DNA from: Alphaproteobacteria bacterium
GTDB lineage: Bacteria > Pseudomonadota > Alphaproteobacteria > RF32 > CAG-239
Assembly: GCA_015062585.1 (NCBI GenBank)
Contig: SUUJ01000003.1
Span: 101,774 to 165,773, forward strand
Reading direction: 5' to 3'
DNA: 64,000 nt
Shown here: positions 55,085 to 64,000 of the stretch, one piece after another
Numbering within the stretch: position 1 is the first letter of the stretch
Layout: each line of letters starts with the position of its first letter
Notes under the pieces: model-generated
Databases searched by the model: none
The model's input: the letters and a program-made list of their open reading frames with translations, nothing else
Told to the model about the DNA's origin: nothing
Translations under genes and position numbers: made by a program

Positions 55085-55521
55085 AAACTTTCATCTTCTA
55101 TAATATAATCTTCCAAATTATCTTCATCTATCAAATTGTCCGCCACCAAATTTTGCGGCAATTCAGGAATATTTGTTTGTTTATTTTTCAACGGATGCCA
55201 CTCCGGTAAATCGCCGGTTTCATTTAATATCCTATATGCACATTTTTTAGGCATCCAATCCAATTTATCAATATTTTTCGGTGTAACTTTTAAGCACTCC
55301 GGAACCAAAATACAGCGATTCTTATATTCTTTGCATAGTCTTGTTTTTGTATCAAACAAACGACAAATTACCCTTGTATAATAAACCTCATCACTATCTT
55401 CATCTTGGACTTTTACCAAACAACACAAGCCGCAATTACAACAAATTTGCTCCCATTCGTTTTCAGCAAATTCGCTCAAAGGTTTATTTTTCCAAAATGC
55501 TTTTTTCAATCTATTCACCAC
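55081..55521 (-). CDS. YcgN/UPF0260 family Cys-rich protein (copy 2, tandem paralog)
   Basis: CCNCGLCCLVK ... CRLFD ... CKEYKNR and KKCAYRILNETGDLPEWHPL. Overlaps copy 1 by 4 nt. Confidence 0.7.
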   Translation of the reverse strand: MVNRLKKAFWKNKPLSEFAENEWEQICCNCGLCCLVKVQDEDSDEVYYTRVICRLFDTKTRLCKEYKNRCILVPECLKVTPKNIDKLDWMPKKCAYRILNETGDLPEWHPLKNKQTNIPELPQNLVADNLIDEDNLEDYIIEDESF

Positions 55522-57043
55522 CTACGCGTTCCGGCAAATATTCTTCTCTGGCCAAATTACCAAACTGCGCATAATCACCGTTCCAATACAATTGTATGGT
55601 ACCTACCGGACCATGGCGTTGTTTTCCGATAATCACTTCGCCGATATTTTTTGTAGCCTTTACTCTTGCATCCCATTCTTCAAGGCGTTTTTGCAAATGC
55701 TCAGGTGTTTCGCCTGCTTTTTGTTTTGGTTGCTCATTTTGAATATAATAGTTTTCCCTAAACACAAACATTACAATATCAGCATCTTGCTCAATAGAAC
55801 CCGATTCACGCAAATCCGACATCAACGGCCGTTTATCATCACGCGATTCTACACCGCGATTAAGCTGCGACAAAGCAATCACCGGAACTTGCAATTCCTT
55901 AGCCAATATTTTCAAACCGCGAGAAATTTCCGACAATTCCTGTACACGGTTGCCTTCGCCTTTTTTACTTCCTGTTCCGTTAATAAGTTGAATATAGTCA
56001 ATAACGATTAAACCCAAACCCTTATTTCTTTTTAACCTTCTGGCTCGGGTACGAATTGCATTTATATTAAGTCCCGGTGTATCATCAATATACAACGGCA
56101 TTTTCTCCAATTCGCGAACTGCGGCGGCGATTCTGGTAAATTCGGCATTATCCAATTCACCGGTACGCATTTTGTGATTATTGGTTTGAGTAACGGTCGA
56201 CAAGATTCTCGAGGCCAACTGATCTGCTGACATTTCCAAAGAAAAGAAAGCCACACCTTTATTTTTAGCCGGAGTATTTTTATCATGAGCAAAAAACTCT
56301 GCCACATTATATGCAATATTTGTAGCCAAAGCAGTTTTTCCCATTGCCGGACGACCGGCCAATATAATTAAGTCCGAATCATTCAAACCGCCGGTTTTTG
56401 CATCCAAAGCATCCAACCCTGTCGGAATTCCCGATATTTTACCGTCTTTTTGATACGCCATTTCCACGCGTTTTAACGACGATTCCAAAGCCGTTGAAAA
56501 ATCGATAAACCCGGTTTGTGTTTCTCCCTGATTTGCCAAATCAAACAAGCGTTTTTCAGCCAACTCTATTTGTTCATTGGCATCGGAGTCCAAATCCTCT
56601 GTTGTCGCATTTTTGACTATGTCATATCCGGTAGAAATAAGCTCTCTGCGTAAATATTTATCATAAATAAACTGAGCATAGTATTCCGCATTGGTCAAAG
56701 GAGTCGCCGAATCAGCCAATTTTATCAAATAGTTATATCCCCCGACCTCATCCAAAGAGTTACTTTGTTCAAAATAGTTTTTCAAAGTAATCACATCTGC
56801 GACATGACCTCTGGCAATCAAATTCGACAAGATTTCATATATTTTGGCATGAACAGGATCAGCAAAATGTTCGGCGCGCAAAAATTCCGACACTTTTTCA
56901 AAAGTCTTATTATTTGCTAACACCGCTCCGATTAGAGCTTGTTCAGCTTCAATATTTTTTGGCAGTTGCTCTGATTTTAACTCTTCCATGATGCAGTCCT
57001 CAAATTTATTTAATTCAAAACAGAGTCCTTTTATACCAATCAT
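55511..57043 (-). CDS. dnaB: Replicative DNA helicase DnaB
   Basis: Walker A GRPAMGKTALA; DnaB N- and C-terminal domains. 510 aa. Confidence 0.9.
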   Translation of the reverse strand: MIGIKGLCFELNKFEDCIMEELKSEQLPKNIEAEQALIGAVLANNKTFEKVSEFLRAEHFADPVHAKIYEILSNLIARGHVADVITLKNYFEQSNSLDEVGGYNYLIKLADSATPLTNAEYYAQFIYDKYLRRELISTGYDIVKNATTEDLDSDANEQIELAEKRLFDLANQGETQTGFIDFSTALESSLKRVEMAYQKDGKISGIPTGLDALDAKTGGLNDSDLIILAGRPAMGKTALATNIAYNVAEFFAHDKNTPAKNKGVAFFSLEMSADQLASRILSTVTQTNNHKMRTGELDNAEFTRIAAAVRELEKMPLYIDDTPGLNINAIRTRARRLKRNKGLGLIVIDYIQLINGTGSKKGEGNRVQELSEISRGLKILAKELQVPVIALSQLNRGVESRDDKRPLMSDLRESGSIEQDADIVMFVFRENYYIQNEQPKQKAGETPEHLQKRLEEWDARVKATKNIGEVIIGKQRHGPVGTIQLYWNGDYAQFGNLAREEYLPERVGGE

Positions 57044-57110
57044 TTGCTAAAAAACAACAGCTTTTGATTTTTAAAAATTTCAGGCCTGTGGATATTGGGG
57101 ATAATGGGGA

Positions 57111-57149
57111 TAAAAAAAGTCCCACATTATCAAAATGTAGGACTTTTTC
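57111..57149 (-). terminator. Rho-independent terminator of rpmB
   Basis: agtcccaca/tgtaggact stem flanked by A7 and T-run. Confidence 0.6.
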
Positions 57150-57163
57150 TCATTTTGCATAAA

Positions 57164-57451
57164 TTATTTTGCAGAAGCTTTTTTCTTTGCGATAGCTTTT
57201 TTAATTTTTTTAGCTTCATCTGTCAATTTAGTGTTTGAAGTAGATTCCAAATAAGAGTCCAAACCACCATTGTGTTCAATAGTACGCAAAGTTTTTGAAC
57301 AAACTTTCAATTTGAAAGCCTTACCCAAAACATCACTCAACAAAGAAACAACTTGCAAATTAGGCAAAAAACGACGGCGGGTTCTGTTGTTAGCGTGACT
57401 AACATTGTTGCCGCTCATTACGCCTGCGCCTGAAATTTCACATTTTCTAGC
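57164..57451 (-). CDS. rpmB: 50S ribosomal protein L28
   Basis: MARKCEISGAGVMSGNNVSHANNRTRRRFLPNLQ is canonical L28. The start was moved to the internal Met because the upstream 13 codons are not L28-like. Confidence 0.8.
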   Translation of the reverse strand, partial: ARKCEISGAGVMSGNNVSHANNRTRRRFLPNLQVVSLLSDVLGKAFKLKVCSKTLRTIEHNGGLDSYLESTSNTKLTDEAKKIKKAIAKKKASAK

Positions 57452-57616
57452 CATTGTATTTATTCCCTTTTTATAAAAACTCGTTGCCATTTAATACATA
57501 CAATTCTCTCAATAGTCAAGAGAAATTTTGGCCAAAAAGCCTATTTTATTGTAAATAATACAAAATATAGTGGAATTTTTAACCAATTTGGTTTAGTTAT
57601 AAGTTAAATTTTGATT

Positions 57617-57693
57617 GTACCCGTAGCTCAACCGGATAGAGTATCAGCCTCCGACGCTGAAGGTTGAGGGTTCGACTCCCTCCGGGTACGCCA
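57617..57693 (+). tRNA. tRNA-Arg (anticodon CCG)
   Basis: Acceptor GTACCCG/CGGGTAC; anticodon stem TCAGC/GCTGA with loop CTCCGAC; T-arm GAGGGTTCGACTCCCTC; discriminator G plus CCA. Confidence 0.8.
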
Positions 57694-57715
57694 CGCTTTT
57701 TCAAGGTATAAGACT

Positions 57716-58150
57716 ATGACTGACAAAATATACATAACTTGGAACGAATTTCATCAAGATGTAAAAAACCTTTGCCTCAAAATAAAAAACTCCGGACAAG
57801 AGTTTAATAAAATAGTTGCTGTTTCACGAGGCGGATTTATTCCCGCCGGAATCGTCGCTTATGAGTTAAATATCAGAAATTCTGCCGTTATAAATATCAG
57901 CACCTATTTTGATGACAAACATTTAGAGTTAAACGAAATCAGTAACATTCAATCTGTTGGTAATGTTGATGAAAAAACCCTTATCATTGATGATATTTCC
58001 GATACGGGACAAACTTTTAAGCTTATGCGTCAGACTTTTCCGAAAGGGACTTTTGCAACTGTTTACACCAAAGAAAAAGGTCTTAATCAAGTCGATATTT
58101 TCGAGCGCCAAGTTCCTGAAAAATGGCTTGTCTTTCCTTGGGATATATAA
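57716..58150 (+). CDS. gpt: Xanthine-guanine phosphoribosyltransferase
   Basis: 144 aa. YITWNEFHQDV ... IVAVSRGGFIPAGIVAYEL ... IIDDISDTGQT ... FPWD aligns with E. coli Gpt. Confidence 0.8.
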   Translation: MTDKIYITWNEFHQDVKNLCLKIKNSGQEFNKIVAVSRGGFIPAGIVAYELNIRNSAVINISTYFDDKHLELNEISNIQSVGNVDEKTLIIDDISDTGQTFKLMRQTFPKGTFATVYTKEKGLNQVDIFERQVPEKWLVFPWDI

Positions 58151-58159
58151 ATAAAGCCC

Positions 58160-59074
58160 TTATTTTTTTAAGTGATTATCCAATCGGTCTTCTTTTATTC
58201 CTTTGGGATCTTGATGTATAATGACTTGCGCATCGGGATATTTTTTCGTTATGAGCGCTTCAACCTCATCAGTATATTTATGAGCTGTATGCAAATCCAA
58301 CTGACCGTCAAGCTCTAAATGAAACTCAAACATATACCCCGCGCCCAAATCTCTGGTTCGCAAATCATGTGCTTTAGGTTTTATTGAATGACTGGCTATA
58401 ATATTTAAGACATCTTCTCTTATCTTTTCATCCAATTCTCTATCAAGTAATAAACCAACTGCATCTTTCCCCAAAGCAACCGCATTCCACAACAAATATA
58501 TTGCTATCAAAACAGCCGTTAGCGTATCAACTTGCGTAATCCCGAAAAAACGAACCGCAATCAACGAAACAATAATCGACAAATTTGTCAGTATATCCAC
58601 TTTATAATGCAGGGAATCTGCCATAATAGCCTGTGAATTGGTCTTTTTTGCCACCATATGCTGAAAACAAACCAATATAATCGTCGTGACCAAACTGAAA
58701 ATCATAACCGCCAAGCCAAAATCCGTTTGCTTCAAATCAACCGGATGCCAAAAGCGCAATATCGAATCATACAAAATAAACAAGCCTGAAGCCGCCACAA
58801 ACAATGACTGAAATAAAGCGCTCAAAGATTCAACCTTACCATATCCGTAACGATAATTTTTTGATGCCGGTTTTATAGAAATCTTTACGGCAAAAAAAGT
58901 AACAGCCGAAGCAATTATATCTGACAAACTGTCAACCATCGATGACAAAACAGCCAACGAGCCGGTATAAAAAACAGCTACTGTTTTCAATACACATAGC
59001 AAAACTGCCAATGATATTGAGGAAACAGCCGCTATTTTCTTTAGTCGATTTGCTTTATCTTGGCTTAACGGCAT
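58160..59074 (-). CDS. Cation diffusion facilitator family divalent-metal efflux transporter
   Basis: 6-TM N-terminal domain with conserved Asp/His sites (SLSDIIAS, HYKVDILTN) and a cytoplasmic C-terminal domain. 304 aa. Confidence 0.75.
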   Translation of the reverse strand: MPLSQDKANRLKKIAAVSSISLAVLLCVLKTVAVFYTGSLAVLSSMVDSLSDIIASAVTFFAVKISIKPASKNYRYGYGKVESLSALFQSLFVAASGLFILYDSILRFWHPVDLKQTDFGLAVMIFSLVTTIILVCFQHMVAKKTNSQAIMADSLHYKVDILTNLSIIVSLIAVRFFGITQVDTLTAVLIAIYLLWNAVALGKDAVGLLLDRELDEKIREDVLNIIASHSIKPKAHDLRTRDLGAGYMFEFHLELDGQLDLHTAHKYTDEVEALITKKYPDAQVIIHQDPKGIKEDRLDNHLKK

Positions 59075-62000
59075 TATTTATTTTCTCCATATCTTCAAGA
59101 CTTATTTCATAAGAGTTTTTTTCCGTTATTTTTGCAAAAGCTTTCAATGCTTCATTCTTTATATCACCATCGAAATTATAATTTAAGACAACGGCATCTT
59201 TTTTCTTATAAAAAGTCATAACCAATTTTTCAAAGTCTTCGCCGGAAAAAGTTAAAGTAACGCTTGGCTTTTCGATGTTTTCTTTTTTGATTTGACTCGT
59301 TTTTATATTAAGCATGGTACTTACTGTATTTGCAATTTTATCGACATCATTTTCACCATTTAGCCTTGTCATTCTGCCAAACTGCAAATTCCACAAGTCA
59401 TTATATACCCAACCGCTATAATCCAAAGCCAAATCGATAAACGCTACCTTTGCCAACCAAACCTCAAATGTCGGCAAAATTCGGATATATGCACCTTTTG
59501 CGCTTCGGCTTAAATCAACATCATAATCGCCAACTTCGAATGAAACGACATCTTCTTCATCATCGTTTTTCAATGTTACTTTTACGGCGGTACTTTCGCT
59601 ATTTTCAATAGGTAACAAACCGAATTTTTTCATACTCTCCGCTTTGCTTGATTTCTTCTCATAAACCGAAGCTCGCACAATTGCAGCCAATAGATTGCTA
59701 ATTCGATTCTGTTTTACCAAAAATTCTTCTTTGCCTTTCAAAAACCACATATTATCTTTTTTGTAAAAAACTAACTCGCTATCGTGATTTTGCAAAACAA
59801 TAGATGCTACATCATTTATCTTATCATCCAGATTGTTAAACATCGGCTTTTCGATAAAGTCTTTATCATAAACCTCAGGTTGCAAACAAACACCTACAAC
59901 TCCCAAAATAACGAAAACACTGCCGACACCTGCCATAATCCAAAATCTTTTGTTAAAATTAGGTTTTTGCGGTTTGCAAAAACTTATCTTTTTTAAGCTC
60001 AAAGCGACAAAACCGACTATCACAAGCAAAGGTATCGCATAAATATTAAAAAACTTAACCAAGGCATCGGTTCTTTGCATATTATCATTCAACTCTAACC
60101 TTATTTCATAAAGTTCTTTTCTTTTTTCATCCAATTGAGTTTTCACTTTGTTTAATACAGCCAATTCATCAGCCGTAAAGTTTTCTCTTCCCTCAAAAGC
60201 TTTTTTATTGTTAACCTCGGCCAAACCTTTTTTAATCAGATTTATTTGATCAAAAATATCTTTTTCTTTTATCTTAAACTCTATCAAACTTTGTTTTTGA
60301 CGGCGCTCAACTCCCTCAAACGGTCTGATTTTTGGAGATTTTCCTCTTAAATCAATCAGAGTATCATTTCCTGTTAATACATCTAAAGAATTTAAAACAA
60401 AATTGCCGTTATCAAGGTGTGGAATATTATAATTATTATTACCGATAGTTATCGATGAAGTCCAAAAAGAATCATAGAGCATATCGGAATCACCAACGGC
60501 AATTATTTCAAATTGTTTATTTTTATCTTTATTCAAAATATGAACAGCTAAAGGTTTTCTTATATCATCAGCCTCAAATCTTCGCAAAATTTCTGCCGGA
60601 TGAACATTCTGTATGACCGCTTGTGATGAAATCAACTGCGAGTTTTTACTTGCTTCCATCAAAGGTATAAAATAAATATCTGCGTTCTTTAGGGGGCGGA
60701 ATATAGAAGCGGAAGTCATTAACATTCTTTTTAAATTATAGACTTCCGGCATATCGCTATAAAACCCTTTATCTGTTACAAAAAACTGAATCAAATCTTG
60801 GGTTGTTGACGAATAATCAGCCTCTTGGATTGCAACCTGTGAAGAATAATCCAAATCAGCCACAACATAGTTATCATAATAATGAAAGCCCCATTTTTTC
60901 GGTAAATTTCCATAAACAGACTGGTGCATCAATTCATTTTGCGGGCCGACCAAAAACAGTGCTTCCGGTGCCACATCAAAAAATGCCAAAACCTTTCCGC
61001 CAGATATCGAATAGTTATAAATAGCTTCTTCCATATCTTCAGACATTTCTTTCGGATGAGCAATCATCAAAACATCCAAAGAATTGTCTATATCCTTAGG
61101 TGCATTTATTTCTTTTATATTATAAAATTTACTGATTTCATCAGCAATTTGCCAAGACTGAGACAATGTCGGACCATTAAACTTTGACAACATCGGCAAA
61201 GATGTCAACAATCCGATTTTTTTCTTTTTAAGTCCGAGCAAATATATATTTTCGGTTAAATCCTGTTCTAACAAATTTGCTCTTTGCAAAGGAATAAACG
61301 GCACAGATGATATATTTCCGTCTTCATCGCTAAAAACCAATCCGAAATAAGCCGCTACATCAATATTTGAAATAGCTATCTGTTGCAAATCTGACGCAAT
61401 AGCTCTGTCTTCAACATCGCTCAAAGGTTCGGGATTGTATATCTGATAATTGAAGTTACCGTCAGCTTCATCAACATATCTGTCCAATAATATCTTCAAG
61501 TTATCAAAAATCCTTCTGTACCTTTCATCTCTTTCACCCAAGATTGGAGAGTAATAAACCCTCAAGGTCACGGGATATTCGATATTTTTAAGAACTTTTG
61601 TTGTTGACGAAGACAAGGTAAACAACTTTTCTTCCGTAAAATCTATTTGCTTTCCTTTTAACAGTCCGTCACTAAACAAATTAACCGATACAAATATTAC
61701 AAAAACCAAGACAACCGCACTGATATATCCCACCATTGACTTGGTATGCAACCAAAACGCCGTTCCGGTAGTTTTGTAGTTTATGATGACAAAAGTAAAA
61801 AAGTTAAACATAAAAATCAATGAAGCAAAAAAGACTAAACTATTTAACCCCAATAATCCGGAAATAAAAGAATGCAAATGAGTTAAGAAGCTAAAGGAAG
61901 AAATCAAATTTATCATATACTCCGGAACGATTCCTCTAAAATAACTCAAAACATATTCCAACCCGCTAAGGAAAAACAACAAATTCAAAAATACCGATAT

Positions 62001-62495
62001 AACCAAGGCTATTACCTGATTTTTTGTTAATGCGGAAGCGGTTTGCGATACCGACAGCATTGCTCCGGCTAACAAAAAAGCTCCGATATAACTGTTAAAA
62101 ATAACCCAATTGTCAGGCTCTCCCAAAATATTTATTGTTATTATCAAAGGAAATGTCAGAAAAAGAGCAACTCCGCAAAAAAGCCATGCCGCTAAAAACT
62201 TACCCCAAATAAAATCATTGATAGAAACAGGCAAGGTCACAATTTGCAAAATAGTTCCGCTTTTTAGCTCTTCTGACCACAACCTCATAGCAATACCGGG
62301 AACAAACAAAAGATAAAGCCAGGGCAAAAACTCAAACATTGCTCTGAGAGAAGCATTGCCTAATGAAAAAATTCCGCCAAAATACAGCGAAACAGACGCG
62401 TTTAACAGCAAAAAACACACCAAATAAACATAAGCCAAAGGAGATATAAAATAACGATAAAATTCACCTTTTGCTATCGTAAAAATCTTAGACAT
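59055..62495 (-). CDS. Fused ABC-2 permease (GldF-like) plus GldG-like auxiliary domain plus C-terminal DUF4340-like domain
   Basis: N-terminal ~240-aa six-TM ABC-2 permease, then a large extracytoplasmic domain and an additional TM anchor. 1146 aa. Overlaps the upstream ATPase region and is translationally coupled to it. Confidence 0.55.
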   Translation of the reverse strand: MSKIFTIAKGEFYRYFISPLAYVYLVCFLLLNASVSLYFGGIFSLGNASLRAMFEFLPWLYLLFVPGIAMRLWSEELKSGTILQIVTLPVSINDFIWGKFLAAWLFCGVALFLTFPLIITINILGEPDNWVIFNSYIGAFLLAGAMLSVSQTASALTKNQVIALVISVFLNLLFFLSGLEYVLSYFRGIVPEYMINLISSFSFLTHLHSFISGLLGLNSLVFFASLIFMFNFFTFVIINYKTTGTAFWLHTKSMVGYISAVVLVFVIFVSVNLFSDGLLKGKQIDFTEEKLFTLSSSTTKVLKNIEYPVTLRVYYSPILGERDERYRRIFDNLKILLDRYVDEADGNFNYQIYNPEPLSDVEDRAIASDLQQIAISNIDVAAYFGLVFSDEDGNISSVPFIPLQRANLLEQDLTENIYLLGLKKKKIGLLTSLPMLSKFNGPTLSQSWQIADEISKFYNIKEINAPKDIDNSLDVLMIAHPKEMSEDMEEAIYNYSISGGKVLAFFDVAPEALFLVGPQNELMHQSVYGNLPKKWGFHYYDNYVVADLDYSSQVAIQEADYSSTTQDLIQFFVTDKGFYSDMPEVYNLKRMLMTSASIFRPLKNADIYFIPLMEASKNSQLISSQAVIQNVHPAEILRRFEADDIRKPLAVHILNKDKNKQFEIIAVGDSDMLYDSFWTSSITIGNNNYNIPHLDNGNFVLNSLDVLTGNDTLIDLRGKSPKIRPFEGVERRQKQSLIEFKIKEKDIFDQINLIKKGLAEVNNKKAFEGRENFTADELAVLNKVKTQLDEKRKELYEIRLELNDNMQRTDALVKFFNIYAIPLLVIVGFVALSLKKISFCKPQKPNFNKRFWIMAGVGSVFVILGVVGVCLQPEVYDKDFIEKPMFNNLDDKINDVASIVLQNHDSELVFYKKDNMWFLKGKEEFLVKQNRISNLLAAIVRASVYEKKSSKAESMKKFGLLPIENSESTAVKVTLKNDDEEDVVSFEVGDYDVDLSRSAKGAYIRILPTFEVWLAKVAFIDLALDYSGWVYNDLWNLQFGRMTRLNGENDVDKIANTVSTMLNIKTSQIKKENIEKPSVTLTFSGEDFEKLVMTFYKKKDAVVLNYNFDGDIKNEALKAFAKITEKNSYEISLEDMEKINNAVKPR

Positions 62496-62500
62496 TTTCG

Positions 62501-63208
62501 CTACCTCGTAAGTTTTATAAACGCATTTTCCAAAGAATTTGTTCTGGTTTGCTTGGTTATAGATTCCAAATCACCGTCTACTTTTATTTTTCCTTTGTTC
62601 ATAATCATAATTCGGTTTGCAATCGTTTGTGCTTCATCAAGCAGATGTGTAGAAATTATTATTGTTTTTTCACAGCTCATATCTTTTATTAAGCCCAACA
62701 TATGCTCTTTTTGGTTAGGATCCAGTCCGTCGGTAGGCTCATCCAACAACAAAATAGGAGGATTTCCTAAAATACTGACTGCAAAACCAACTCGTCTTTT
62801 ATATCCTTTAGAAAGCGTTTCTATTTTTTGTTTTGCTACATGCTCAATATTAGCCAAACTCATAACTCTTTTTACTTCATCTTTTGCCAAAGACTTCAAT
62901 TCTGCCAAATACCTCAAAAAGCTCTCAACACTCATATCGGCGTACAAAGGGGCTCCTTCAGGCAAAAAGCCGATTTCTCTTTTTGTTTCTATCGGATATT
63001 GTTCGTTATTTTTGCCAAAAATCTCTATTTTGCCATTATTTTGAGATAAAAAACCGGCAATCATATTCATCAGTGTAGATTTTCCGGCACCGTTCGGTCC
63101 CAGTAAAGCTATTATTTGACTGGGATATGCACTAAAAGACACATCGTCTACCGCACATATATTACCAAACGATTTTGAAAGATTCTTAACATCTATTGAA
63201 CAAGGCAT
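62501..63208 (-). CDS. ABC transporter ATP-binding protein (GldA-like)
   Basis: Walker A GPNGAGKST, signature LSKGYKRR, Walker B LLLDEP. 235 aa. Confidence 0.85.
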   Translation of the reverse strand: MPCSIDVKNLSKSFGNICAVDDVSFSAYPSQIIALLGPNGAGKSTLMNMIAGFLSQNNGKIEIFGKNNEQYPIETKREIGFLPEGAPLYADMSVESFLRYLAELKSLAKDEVKRVMSLANIEHVAKQKIETLSKGYKRRVGFAVSILGNPPILLLDEPTDGLDPNQKEHMLGLIKDMSCEKTIIISTHLLDEAQTIANRIMIMNKGKIKVDGDLESITKQTRTNSLENAFIKLTR

Positions 63209-63219
63209 CTTGTTTTTCC

Positions 63220-63963
63220 CTATTTATTAAATTCATAAAGAGCTATTGCAGCAGCCGTTGCCACATTCAAACTTTCGGTTAAAGGCGACATCGGCAACTT
63301 TACCGAAATATCACAATTTTCCTCAACCAACCTTCTCATACCTTTGCCCTCTGATCCCATTATTATTGCGGTTTTCAAAGGTTTTTGCAGTTTATCGATA
63401 GTTGTTTTTGCATACCCGTCCATTCCCACTGTCCAAAATCCTGCGCTTTTCAATTTTTCTATAGCTCGTGACAAATTTGTAACTCTGGCAATCGGTAAAT
63501 GTTCTATCATTCCGGCCGAAGCCTTAGCCATAGCACCATTTTCTATCGGCGAGTTTTTATCCTGCATAATTAAAGCCAGTGTATTAAATGCTACCGCCGA
63601 ACGAATTATTGCACCGATATTTTGCGGATCGGTAACTTGATCTAAGATTAAAATATGACATTTTTCTTTCTCGTCAGCCATATCTAAAATATCATCCAAA
63701 GTATAATCAGGCAATCTGTTACAAAACAGTGCAAATCCTTGATGAACGGCGTCAGAGGAAAACAATTTGTCTATTTCTTTTTTCTCCACAACTTGGGGAG
63801 CTATTTTCGTAACTTTTCTTATTTCATCGACATTTTCTTTTACACACAAAATCTTAGCAACTTGTCTTTTAGGATTCGCCAAAGCAGCCATAACCGCATG
63901 GCGCCCATATAAAATCAAGCCTTTACTACCAACTTCTGTTTTTTGCTTAAAACTTTTACCCAT
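63220..63963 (-). CDS. rlmB: 23S rRNA (guanosine2251-2'-O)-methyltransferase RlmB (SpoU/TrmH family)
   Basis: N-terminal LYGRHAVMAAL substrate-binding domain plus SPOUT C-terminal domain (ILDQVTDPQNIGAIIRSA). 247 aa. Confidence 0.8.
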   Translation of the reverse strand: MGKSFKQKTEVGSKGLILYGRHAVMAALANPKRQVAKILCVKENVDEIRKVTKIAPQVVEKKEIDKLFSSDAVHQGFALFCNRLPDYTLDDILDMADEKEKCHILILDQVTDPQNIGAIIRSAVAFNTLALIMQDKNSPIENGAMAKASAGMIEHLPIARVTNLSRAIEKLKSAGFWTVGMDGYAKTTIDKLQKPLKTAIIMGSEGKGMRRLVEENCDISVKLPMSPLTESLNVATAAAIALYEFNK

Positions 63964-64000
63964 GCCACACCTTCCTTACAATCGTTGAATTATATATCAT

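Noticed and set aside
57081-57105. tggggataatggggata tandem (2 x ggggata) upstream of the rpmB terminator
   Set aside because: Only two short units, too small to call a repeat array or CRISPR. Noted only for weak resemblance to the ggataatgag block of the repeat family.
57452-57490. Upstream 13-codon extension of rpmB (MATSFYKKGINT)
   Set aside because: L28 proteins begin MARxCxxxG. The internal Met gives the canonical start.
346-63988. Numerous 60-180-aa ORFs antisense to or nested inside large genes (for example 16787-17326, 27620-28093, 38061-38612, 50459-50923)
   Set aside because: They lie wholly within, and opposite to, well-supported conserved genes (ychF, hppA, a membrane protein, addB). 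They have low-complexity or Ser/Thr/Phe-rich translations typical of shadow ORFs in AT-rich DNA.
1-64000. Checked for CRISPR arrays, rRNA genes, transposases, integrases, phage structural genes and toxin-antitoxin pairs
   Set aside because: No direct-repeat/spacer array, no rRNA-like conserved blocks, and no ORF with transposase (DDE), integrase or recombinase motifs was seen. Mobile-element content appears limited to the small non-coding repeats described.

Overview
This is an AT-rich (roughly 30-35% GC) bacterial chromosomal segment. Several gene-order signatures point to a reduced alphaproteobacterial genome of Rickettsiales or Holosporales type: addB-addA-trxA, rph-rdgB, pal-ybgF(cpoB)-tilS, ffs-dnaX-ybaB-recR, rplY-pth-ychF, lptD-surA-ksgA, leuS-lptE-holA and rsmI/lpoA-like/yraN. 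Most of the window is housekeeping: replication (dnaX, dnaB, holA, recR, addAB), translation (leuS, pth, ychF, smpB, tilS, rplY, rpmB, and rRNA/tRNA methyltransferases rsmA, rsmB, rsmI, rlmB, trmL), envelope (lptF/G, lptD, lptE, surA, pal, cpoB), three tRNAs (Ser-GGA, Gly-GCC, Arg-CCG) and an SRP RNA. The standout feature is a complete three-gene [FeFe]-hydrogenase operon at 139-4053. It encodes a NuoE-like 2Fe-2S subunit, a NuoF-like flavoprotein subunit and an H-cluster catalytic HydA. This is the HydABC/Hnd-type, hydrogenosome-like enzyme architecture, and it sits divergently next to the lptFG-lptD-surA-ksgA cluster. A membrane H+-pyrophosphatase gene is also present. Accessory and unusual content: (1) a ~130-bp repeat family resembling Rickettsia palindromic elements, with three same-orientation copies that abut or overlap the 3' ends of hydA, smpB and rplY; (2) partial copies of the tRNA-Ser and tRNA-Gly 3' ends next to those tRNAs, including a small GC-rich island bounded by terminators; (3) a G9 homopolymer inside a putative promoter spacer; (4) an orphan ORF inserted into the conserved rplY-pth-ychF cluster, flanked by two near-identical terminator hairpins; (5) two paralogous HExxH membrane proteins, one co-oriented with a TetR regulator; (6) an isolated Mur-ligase-family gene downstream of a secreted protein; (7) an enlarged 674-aa glycogen/starch-synthase-like GT5 glycosyltransferase with no other glg genes nearby; (8) tandem YcgN (UPF0260) paralogs; (9) a 1146-aa fused GldF/GldG-like ABC permease with its ATPase. 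No rRNA, CRISPR array, transposase or integrase was recognised.
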